This document shows, in pieces, positions 53,610 to 64,000 of a stretch of 64,000 bases of DNA. The stretch is from Eledone cirrhosa (lineage: Eukaryota). Each line of letters starts with the position of its first letter. The stretch's first letter is position 1. The position numbers and the translations under genes are program-made. Under the pieces are notes generated by a model. That model was given only the letters and a program-made list of their open reading frames with translations. It was not told where the DNA came from and searched no databases. Location: assembly GCA_964016885.1 (NCBI GenBank), contig OZ024740.1:3534001-3598000 (forward strand), given 5' to 3'.

Positions 53610-56446
53610 GGTGATGGTGGTGAGTAGGTAGGTGGTCCTAGGGCCAAGGACACCAGAAGTCTCCACTGTTAAAAGGTGTTGATGGTGGTGAATAGGGAGG
53701 TGGTCCTAGGGTCAAGGACACCAGAAGCCTCCACTGTTACAAGGTACTGATGGTGGTGAGTAGGGAGGTGGTTCTAGGGCCAAGGACACCAGAAGCCTCC
53801 ACTGTTACAAGGTACTGATGGTGGTGAGTAGGGAGGTGGTCCTAGGGTCAAGGACACCAGAAGTATCCACTGTTACAAGGTGTTGATGGTGGTGAGTAGG
53901 GAGGTGGTCCTAGGGTCAAGGACACCAGAAGTCTCCACTGCTACGGTGTGTTGATGGTGGTGAGGAGGGAGGTGGTCCCAGGGTCAAGGACACCAGAAGT
54001 CTCCATTGTTACAAGGTGCTGATGGTGGTGGGTAGGGAGGTGGTCCCAGGGTCAAGGACACCAGAAGTCTCCACTGTTACAAGGTGTTGATGGTGGTGAG
54101 TAGGGAGGTGGTCCTAGGGCCAAGGACACCAGAAGTATCCACTGTTACAAGGTGTTGATGGTAGTGAGTAGGGAGGTGGTCCTAGGGCCAAGGACACCAG
54201 AAGTCTCCATTGTTACAATGTACTGATGGTGGTGAGTAGGGAGGTGGTCCTAGGGCCAAGGACACCAGAAGTCTCCATTGTTACAAGGTACTGATGGTGG
54301 TGGGTAAGGAGCTGGTTCTAGGGCCAAGGACACCAGAAGTCTCCACTGTTACAAGGTACTGATGGTGGTGGGTAAGGAGCTGGTTCTAGGGCCAAGGACA
54401 CCAGAAGTCTCCACTGCTAAGGAGTGCTGATGGTGGTGAGTAGGGAGGTGGTCCTAGGACCAAGGACACCAGAAGTCTCCTCTGTTACAAGGTTCTGATG
54501 GTGTGAGTAGGGAGGTGGTCCTAGGGCCAAGGACACCAGAAGTCTCCACTGTTACAAGGTACTGATGGTGGTGAGTAGGGAGGTGGTCCTAGTGCCAAGG
54601 ACACCAGAAGTCTCCTCTGTTACAAGGTTCTGATGGTGTGAGTAGGGAGGTGGTCCTAGGGCCAAGGACACCAGAAGTCTCCACTGTTACAAGGTACTGA
54701 TGGTGGTGAGTAGGGAGGTGGTCCTAGGGGCAAGGACACCAGAAGTCTCCACTGTTACAAGGTGCTGATGGTGGTGAGTAGGGAGGTGGTCCTAGGGCCA
54801 AGGACACCAGAAGTCTCCACTGTTACAAGGTGCTGATGGTGGTGAGTAAAGAGGTGGTCCTAGGGCCAAGGACACCAGACGTCTCCACTGTTACATGGTA
54901 CTGGTGGTGGTGCGTAGGGAGGTGGTCCTAGGTCCAAGGACACCAGAGGTCTCCACTGCTACGGTGTGTTGATGGTGGTGAAAAGGGAGGTAGTCCCAGG
55001 GTCAAGGACACCAGAAGTCTCCACTGTTACAAGGTGTTGATGTTGGTGAGTAGGGAGGTGGTCCTAGGGCCAAGGACACCAGACGTCTCCATTGTTACAA
55101 GGTACTGATGGTGGTGAGTAGGGAGGTGCAGCTAGGACCAAGGACACCAGAAGTCTCCACTGTTACAAGGTACTGATGGTGGTAAGTAGGGGGTAGTCCT
55201 AGGCCAAGGACACCAGAGGCCTCCACCGTTACACGGTACTGATGGTGGTGAATAGGGAGGTGGTCCTAGGGCCAAGGACACCAGAAGTCTCCACTGTTAC
55301 AAGGTGCTGATGGTGGTGAGTAGGGAGGTGGTACTAGGGCCAAGGACACCAGAAGTCTCCACTGTTACAAGATGTTGATGGTGTTGAGTAAAGAGGTGGT
55401 CCTAGGGCCAAGGACACCAGAAGTCTCCACTGTAACAAGGTGCTGATGGTGGTGAGTAGGGAGGTGGTCCTAGGGCCAAGGACACCAGAAGTCTCCACTG
55501 TTACAAGGTTCTGATGGTGTGAGTAGGGAGGTGGTCCTAGGGCCAAGGACACCCGAAGTCTCCACTGTTACAAGGTACTGATGGTGGTGAATAGGGAGCT
55601 GGTTCTAGGGCCAAGGACACCAGAAGTCTCCACTGTTACATGGTGCTGATGGTGGTGAGTAGGGAGGTGGTCCTAGGGCCAAGGACACCAGAAGTCTCCA
55701 CTGTTACAAGGTGCTGATGGTGGTGAGTAGGGAGGTGGTCCTAGGGCCAAGGACACCAGACGTCTCCACTGTTACATGGTACTGGTGGTGGTGAGTAGGG
55801 AGGTGGTCCTAGGTCCAAGGACACCAGAAGTCTCCACTGTTACAAGGTACTGATGGTGGTGAGTATGGAGGTGGTCCTAGGGCCAAGGACACCAGAAGTC
55901 TCCACTGTTACAAGGTACTGATGGTGGTGAGTAGGGAGGTGTTCCTAGGGCCAAGGACACCAGAAGTCTCTACTGTTACAAGGTACTGATGGTGGTGAGT
56001 AGGGAGGTGGTCCTAGGGCCAAGGACACCAGAAGTCTCCACTGTTACAAGGTGCTGATGGTGGTGAGTAGGGAGGTGGTCCTAGGGCCAAGGACACCAGA
56101 AGTCTCTACTGTTACAAGGTACTGATTGTTTTAGTAGGGAGGTGGTCCTAGGGCCAAGGACACCAGAAGTCTCCACTGTTACAAGGTACTGATTGTTTTA
56201 GTAGGGAGGTGGTCCTAGGGTCAAGGACACCAGAAGTCTCCACTGTTACAAGGTGATGATGGTGGTGAGTAGGGATGTGTTCCTAGGGCCAAGGACACCA
56301 GAAGTCTCCACTGTTACAAGGTGCTGATGGTGGTGAGTAGGGAGGTGGTCCTAGGGCCAAGGACACCAGAAGTCTCCACTGTTACAAGGTACTGATGGTG
56401 GTGAGTAGGGAGATGGTTCTAGTGCCAAGGACACAAGAAATCTCCA
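53610..56446. repeat. 68-bp minisatellite (GATGGTGGTGAGTAGGGAGGTGGTCCTAGGGCCAAGGACACCAGAAGTCTCCACTGTTACAAGGTACT)
   Basis: Unit starts at 53681, 53749, ... Confidence 0.96.
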
Positions 56447-56854
56447 CAACCACAGGCTCACCTGCAAACATCCCGTCTGCTGCTCTAAACAATTTACTGT
56501 CGTAGACCGGTACTTTCCTTTATTAACCCTGGAAGGTTAAAAATAGAAGCTGATCTTCACAAGAATTGAACCCAGACCTTGAGCTTACATATAGGAATAT
56601 CCTTTTAAATGTGGGTTTACAAAGAAAGCGATTTGACCAATTTCTCAATGCCAACATTATTATTGGCACAAATGTCTAAAATCTAATCAGCTGTTATGAT
56701 GACTTAATGAAGACAGTTAACGAAGTGACAGAATTCATTAATTAAGACATGTCATTTAACAGAAGTAAACACATAACTGCTGTAATAAATATTTAGTGTT
56801 TGTTTAAAGGATCTATCTATGATACCACAGACAGTTATTTCATTAATCTAATAA

Positions 56855-57250
56855 TAATTGTTTCTACTTTTGGCACTAGGCCAGCAATTATCCCGGTACA
56901 TCACTGGTACTTTATTTTATCGACCCCAGGCGGGATTTGAACTCAGTCCGTAAAGGGTCGTAACTCTGTGCTGCAAAGCATGGTGTCCGACCCACTATTG
57001 ATACTGCCAATCCATCGCCTTCATTAATCTAATAATAATAATAATGGTTTCTAATTTAGGCACAAGGCCAGCAATTTTGGGGAAGGTGAAAGTAGATTAC
57101 ATCGAACCAGTGCATTACTGGTACTTTATTTTATCAGTCTCCGTAAGGATGAAAGGCAAAGCTAACCCCAGCGCGATTTTGAACTCAGAAAGTAAAGGGC
57201 CGTAACTCTATGCTGGAAAGCATGTTGTCTGATACTCTACCAATACTGCT
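56855..57250 (-). mobile_element. Two SINE family A copies on the minus strand
   Basis: GGATTTGAACTCAG, GGTACTTTATTTTATC, TACTGCCAATC. Confidence 0.78.
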
Positions 57251-57254
57251 GCGA

Positions 57255-57450
57255 TGGTGACATGGTAAAAAGTGCCCAGTACGCACTGTAAATGAGGATG
57301 GTGTTAGGAAGGGCATCCAGCTGTAGAAACCAAGTCAAAATCAGTTCTGCCTGCACAAGACATGGTCATCTGGTCTAGCATTGCCTACAACAGGACAATT
57401 CGTCTGACCCATGCTAGTGTGGAAAATGGACGTAAAACGGTGATAATGAG
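57255..57450 (+). mobile_element. RTE-type 3' tail fragment
   Basis: GGTGTTAGGAAGGGCATCCAGCTGTAGAAA..CCCATGCTAGTGTGGAAAATGGACGTAAAAC. Confidence 0.7.
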
Positions 57451-57493
57451 GATTTTTCATTTTTAGAGTCCAGGATTGATATAGCATATTTAA

Positions 57494-57714
57494 CCCTTTA
57501 GCATTTACATTATTCTGTATATACTATTGTATTTTCCCATGAAAAGCGTTACCTCACATAATTATCTCACATAATATTGAATCTACAAGATTTTGATATT
57601 ATTTATTTTGAGAACAATACCTTAATATAAGTATGAGCAGCCAGTTACAGCCGGTTTGAAGAGAAAGAGGTGAGATAGTTCTGGCCGGATATGGCCAGTT
57701 TAAATGCTAAAGGT
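57494..57714. mobile_element. piggyBac-type MITE, second copy
   Basis: TTAA flanks; TIR and interior match 29345-29562. Confidence 0.82.
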
Positions 57715-58099
57715 TTAACAGGATTATCATATATATATATATATGAACAATCATACAAACTGAGGAATTTCTGTTTTGATAAATTAATGGTTTGCATAAG
57801 AGAAGCCCTATAGATTATATTGATTATTGAAACTTAGAAGCGATTAAGATAAGAATATTTTATTGATATATTTCTAGGCTATAATTACTTAAATCTTCAG
57901 CATGATACAGTCTTGGTGAGGAGACTGTGAGAAGGTTAAACAGGGTTTGACTAGAGCCCAGCAGCAACAAGCTATGTGGCAGCCCTTCTCCTAAGTCATA
58001 TGGTGACTTTCTTGGTGGCATATGTTCCTTTAGTAGGACTAAAATGGTTATATAAACATCTGTCAGTGTCTGGTTAGTGTCTCACACACAGGGCAGCCT

Positions 58100-61000
58100 A
58101 TAGGTTTACAGGACAGTCAGTGGGTTTACAGGACAGTCAGTGGGTTTACAGGACAGTCAGTGGGTTTACAGGGCAGTCAGTGGGTTTACAGGACAGTCAG
58201 TGGGTTTACAGGACAGTCAGTGGGTTCACAGGACAGTCAGTGGGTTTACAGGACAGTCAGTAAGTTTACAGGACAGTCAGTGGGTTCACAGGACAGTCAG
58301 TGGGTTTACAGGACAGTCAGTGGGTTTACCAGACAGTCAGTGGGTTCACAGGACAGTCAGTGGGTTTACAGGACAGTCAGTAGGTTTACAGGACAGTCAG
58401 TGGGTTTACGGGACAGTCAGTGGGATTACTGGACAGTAAGTGGGTTTACAGGACAGTCAGTTAGGTTGCAGGACAGTCAGTGGGTTTACTGGACAGTAAG
58501 TGGGTTTACAGGACAGTCAGTTGGGTTACAGGACAGTCAGTGGGTTTACAGGACATTTAGTGGGTTTACTGGACAGTCAGTGGGTTTACCAGACAGTCAG
58601 TGGGTTTACAGGACAGTTAGTGGGTTTACAGGACAGTTAGTGGGTTTACTAGACAGTCAGTGGGTTTACTGGACAGTCAGTGGGTTTACTAGACAGTCAG
58701 TGGGTTTACCAGACAGTCAGTGGGTTTACAGGACAGTTAGTGGGTTTACTGGACAGTCAGTGGGTTTACCAGACAGTCAGTGGGTTTACAGGACAGTTAG
58801 TGGGTTTACTGGACAGTTAGTGGGTTTACTAGACAGTCAGTGGGTTTACTGGACAGTCAGTGGGTTTACTAGACAGTCAGTTGATTAACAGGACAGTCAG
58901 TGTTTTTACAGGACAGACAGTGGGTGGGTTTACTGGACATTCAGTGAGTTTACTGGACAGTCAGTGTGTTTACAGGACATTCAGTGGGTTTACTGAACAG
59001 TCAGTGGGTATACAGGACAGTCGGTGGGTTTAGTGAACAGTCAGTGGGTTTAGTGAACAGTCAGTGGGTATACAGGACAGTCAGTGGGTTTGCAGGACAG
59101 TCAGTGGGTTTAGTGGACAGTCAGTGGGTATACAGGACAGTCAGTGGGTTTACAGGAGTCAGTGGGTTTACAGGACAATCAGTGGGTTTACAGGATTGTC
59201 AGTGGGTATACAGGACAGTCAGTGGGTTTACAGGAAGTCAGTGGTATACAGGACAGTCAGTGGATTTACAGGACAGTCAGTGGGTTTACAGGGCAGTCAG
59301 TGGGTTGACAGGACAGTCAGTGGGTTTACAGGACAGTCAGTGGGTTTACAGGACAGTCAGTGGGTTCACAGGACAGTCAGTGAGTTTACAGGACAGTCAG
59401 TACGTTTACAGGACAGTCAGTGCGTTTACGGGACAGTCAGTGGGATTACTGGACAGTAAGTGGGTTTACAGGACAGTCAGTTAGGTTGCAGGACAGTCAG
59501 TGGGTTTATTGGACAGTCAGTGGGTATACAGGACAGTCTGTGGGTTTACAGGACAATCAGTGGGATTACAGGATTGTCAGTGGGTTTAGTGGACAGTCAG
59601 TGTTTTACAGGACAATCAGTGGTTTCCTGGACAGTCAGTGGTTTACAGGACAGTCAGTGGTTTACAGGACTGTCAGTGGTTTACTGGACAGTCAGAGGTT
59701 TACTGGACAGTCAGTGGTTTACTGGACTTCAGTGGTTTACAGGACTGTCAGTGGTTTACTGGACAGTCAGGGGTTTACTGGACTGTCAGTGGTTTACTGG
59801 ACAGTCAGTGGTTTACAGGACTGTCAGTGGTTTACTGGACAGTCAGTGGTTTACTGGACAGTCAGTGGTTTACTGGACAGTCAGTGGTTTACAGGACAGT
59901 CAGTGGTTTACTGGACAGTCAGTGGTTTACTGGACAGTCAGTGGTTTACAGGACAGTTAGTGGTTTACTGGACAGTCAGTGGTTTACAGGATTGTCAGTG
60001 GTTTAGAGGATGGTCAGTGGTTTACTGGACAGTCAGTGGTTTACTGGACAGTCAGTGGTTTACAGGATTGTCAGTGGTTTACAGGACAGTCAGTGGTATA
60101 CAGGACTGTCAGTGGTTTACAGGACTGTCAGTGGTTTACTGGACAGTCAGTGGTTTACTGGACAGTCAGTGGTTTACTGGACAGTCAGTGGTTTACTGGA
60201 CAGTCAGTGGTTTACTGGACTGTTAGTGGTTTACTGGACTGTCAGTGGTTTACAGGACTGTCTGTGGTTTACTGGACAGTCAGTGGTTTACTGGACAGTC
60301 AGTGGTTTACAGGACTGTCAGTGGTTTACAGGACAGTCAGTGGTTTACAGGACAGTCAGTGGTTTACAGAACTGTCAGTGGTTTACAGGACAGTCAGTGG
60401 TTTACAGGACAGTCAGTGGTTTACAGGACTGTCAGTGGTTTACAGGACAGTCAGTGGTTTACAGGACTGTCAGTGGTTTACAGGACAGTCAGTGGTTTAC
60501 TGGACAGTCAGTGGTTTACAGGACAGTCAGTGGTTTACTGGACAGTCAGTGGTTTGCAGGACTGTCAGTGGTGTACTGGACAGTCAGTGCTTTACTGGAC
60601 AGTCAGTGGTTTACTGGACAGTCAGTGGTTTACAGGACTGTCAGTGGTTTACAGGACAGTCAGTGGTTTACTGGACAGTCAGTGGTTTACAGGAGAGTCA
60701 GTGGTTTACAGGACAGTCAGTGGTTTACTGGACAGTCAGTGGTTTACAGAACTGACAGTGGTTTACAGGACAGTCAGTGGTTTACTGGACAGTCAGTGGT
60801 TTACAGGACAGTCAGTGGTTTACAGGACTGTCAGTGGTTTACAGGACTGTCAGTGGTTTACAGGACAGTCAGTGGTTTACAGGACTGTCAGTGGTTTACA
60901 GGACAGTCAGTGGTTTACTGGACAGTCAGTGGTTTACTGGACAGTCAGTGGTTTACATGACTGTCAGTGGTTTACAGGACTGTCAGTGGTTTACTGGACT

Positions 61001-64000
61001 ATCAGTGGTTTACTGGACAGTCAGTGGTTTACTGGACAGTCAGTGGTTTACAGGAGAGTCAGTGGTTTACTGGACAGTCAGTGGTTTACTGGACTGTCAG
61101 TGGTTTACTGGACTGTCAGTGGTTTACTGGACAGTCAGTGGTTTACTGGACAGTCAGTGGTTTACAGGAGAGTCAGTGGTTTACTGGACAGTCAGTGGTT
61201 TACTGGACAGTCAGTAGTTTACTGGACTGTCAGTGGTTTACTGGACCGTCAGTGGTTTACAGGACAGTCAGTGGTTTACAGGACAGTCAGTGGTTTACAG
61301 GACTGTCAGTGGTTTACAGGACAGTCAGTGGTTTACAGGACTGTCAGTGGTTTACAGGACAGTCAATGGTTTACTGGACAGTCAGTGGTTTACAGGACAG
61401 TCAGTGGTTTACTGGACAGTCAGTGGTTTACAGGACTGTCAGTGGTTTACTGGACAGTCAGTGCTTTACAGGACAGTCAGTGGTTTACTGGACAGTCAGT
61501 AGTTTACAGGACTGTCAGTGGTTTACAGGACAGTCAGTGGTTTACTGGACAGTCAGTGGTTTACTGGACAGTCAGTGGTTTACATGAGAGTCAGTGGTTT
61601 ACTGGACAGTCAGTGGTTTACAGGACAGTCAGTGGTTTACAGGAGAGTCAGTGGTTTACTGGACAGTCAGTGGTTTACAGAACAGTCAGTGGTTTACGGG
61701 AGAGTCAGTGGTTTACAGGACTGTCAGTGGTTTACAGGACTGTCAGTGGTTTACAGGACTGTCAGTGTTTTACAGGACAGTCAGTGGTTTACAGGACAGT
61801 CAGTGGTTTACTGGACAGACAGTGGTTTACAGGACTGTCAGTAGTTTACAGGACAGTCAGTGGTTTACAGGACTGTCAGTGGTTTACAGGACAGTCAGTG
61901 GTTTACAGGTCAGTCAGTGGTTTACAGGACTGTCAGTGGTTTACAGGACTGTCAGTGGTTTACAGGACAGTCAGTGGTTTACAGGACTGTCAGTGGTTTA
62001 CAGGACAGTCAGTGCTTTACAGGACAGTCAGTGGTTTACTGGACAGTCAGTAGTTTACAGGACTGTCAGTGGTTTACAGGACAGTCAGTGGTTTACTGGA
62101 CAGTCAGTGGTTTACTGGACAGTCAGTGGTTTACATGAGAGTCAGTGGTTTACTGGACAGTCAGTGGTTTACAGGACAGTCAGTGGTTTACAGGAGAGTC
62201 AGTGGTTTACTGGACAGTCAGTGGTTTACAGAACAGTCAGTGGTTTACAGGAGAGTCAGTGGTTTACAGGACTGTCAGTGGTTTACAGGACTGTCAGTGG
62301 TTTACAGGACTGTCAGTGTTTTACAGGACAGTCAGTGGTTTACAGGACAGTCAGTGGTTTACTGGACAGACAGTGGTTTACAGGACTGTCAGTAGTTTAC
62401 AGGACAGTCAGTGGTTTACAGGACTGTCAGTGGTTTACAGGACAGTCAGTGGTTTACAGGTCAGTCAGTGGTTTACAGGACTGTCAGTGGTTTACAGGAC
62501 TGTCAGTGGTTTACAGGACAGTCAGTGGTTTACAGGACTGTCAGTGGTTTACAGGACAGTCAGTGGTTTACAGGACTGTCAGTGGTTTACAGGACAGTCA
62601 GTGGTTTACTGGACAGTCAGTGGTTTACTGGACAGTCAGTGGTTTACTGGACTGTCAGTGGTTTACTGGACAGTTAGTGGTTTACTGGACAGTCAGTGGT
62701 TTACAGGAATGTCAGTCGTTTACTGGACAGTCAGGGGTTTACTGGACAGTCAGTGGTTTACTGGACTGTCAGTGGTTTACTGGACAGTCAGTGGTTTACT
62801 TGACTGTCAGTGGTTTACTGGACAGTCAGTGGTTTACTGGACAGTCAGTGGTTTACAGGAGAGTCAGTGGTTTACTGGACAGTCAGTGGTTTACTGGACT
62901 GTCAGTGGTTTACTGGACAGTTAGTGGTTTACTGGACAGTCAGTGGTTTAGTGGACTGTTAGTTGTTTACTGGACTGTCAGTGGTTTACAGGACTGTCAG
63001 TGGTTTACTGGACAGTCAGTGGTTTACTGGACAGTCAGTGGTTTACAGGACTGTCAGTGGTTTACAGGACAGTCAGTGGTTTACAGGACTGTCAGTGGTT
63101 TACAGGACAGTCAGTGGTTTACTGGACAGTCAGTGGTTTACAGGACAGTCAGTGGTTTACTGGACAGTCAGTGGTTTACAGGACTGTCAGTGGTGTACTG
63201 GACAGTCAGTGCTTTACAGGACAGTCAGTGGTTTACTGGACAGTCAGTGGTTTACAGGACTGTCAGTGGTTAACAGGACAGTCAGTGGTTTACTGGACAG
63301 TCAGTGGTTTACAGGAGAGTCAGTGGTTTACAGGACACTCAGTGGTTTACTGGACAGTCAGTGGTTTACAGAACTGTCAGTGGTTTACAGGACAGTCAGT
63401 GGTTTACAGGACAGTCAGTGGTTTACTGGACAGTCAGTGGTTTACAGGACTGTCAGTAGTTTACAGGACAGTCAGTGGTTTACAGAACTGTCAGTGGTTT
63501 ACAGGACAGTCAGTGGTTTACTGGACAGTCAGTGGTTTACAGGACAGTCAGTTGTTTACAGGACTGTCAGTGGTTTACAGGACTGTCAGTGGTTTACAGG
63601 ACAGTCAGTGGTTTACAGGACTGTCAGTGGTTTACAGGACAGTCAGTGGTTTACAGCACTGTCAGTGGTTTACAGGACAGTCAGTGGTTTACTGGACAGT
63701 CAGTGATTTACTGGACAGTCAGTGGTTTACATGACTGTCAGTGGTTTACAGGACTGTCAGTGGTTTACTGGACTGTCAGTGGTTTACTGGACAGTCAGTG
63801 GTTTACTGGACAGTCAGTGGTTCACAGGAGAGTCAGTGGTTTACTGGACTGTCAGTGGTTTACAGGAGAGTCAGTGGTTTACTGGACAGTCAGTGGTTTA
63901 CTGGACTGTCAGTGGTTTACTGGACTGTCAGTGGTTTACTGGACAGTCAGTGGTTTACTGGACAGTCAGTGGTTTACAGGAGAGTCAGTGGTTTACTGGA
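58100..64000. repeat. Satellite: 20-bp unit CAGTGGGTTTACAGGACAGT switching to 19-bp CAGTGGTTTACWGGACWGT at about 59600
   Basis: In register with the 60-nt lines up to about 58920; 19-nt period after about 59600; runs off the window end. Confidence 0.97.

Noticed and set aside
57755-57850. CTGAGGA..GAAAC
   Set aside because: No credible stems or cleavage triplet
58140-63734. Many overlapping repetitive ORFs
   Set aside because: Translations of the 19/20-bp satellite

Overview
Repeat-saturated, AT-rich eukaryotic DNA with no recognisable host gene. The repeat repertoire (RTE LINEs with (GAT)n tails, tRNA-headed SINEs, long (TA)n and CACAC tracts) suggests a mollusc, probably Octopus (inference). 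The window holds several tandem arrays (58, 45, 39, 68 and 20->19 bp units), a near-complete RTE LINE (APE-RT-PHD) with a tandem truncated sister copy, a near-intact Tx1/L1-clade LINE, and CR1 and Penelope (PLE) remnants. It also holds SINEs, a Helitron-like element, Tc1/mariner- and piggyBac-type MITEs, and one odd tRNA-like gene. Most ORFs in the track are read-throughs of simple repeats. The main find is non-coding. I read 13 minimal type-I hammerhead ribozyme cores (CUGANGA-stem II-GAAA-stem III-NUH) and several variant cores by eye, in short sequence-divergent elements mostly lying in or beside (TA)n tracts. Many are followed about 40-75 nt downstream by a second shared hairpin (RCTC-stem-loop-2-nt bulge-GAGY). 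Many also occur as fold-back inverted repeats whose junctions fall inside the ribozyme helices. This looks like a radiation of Penelope-derived, retrozyme-like mini-elements.
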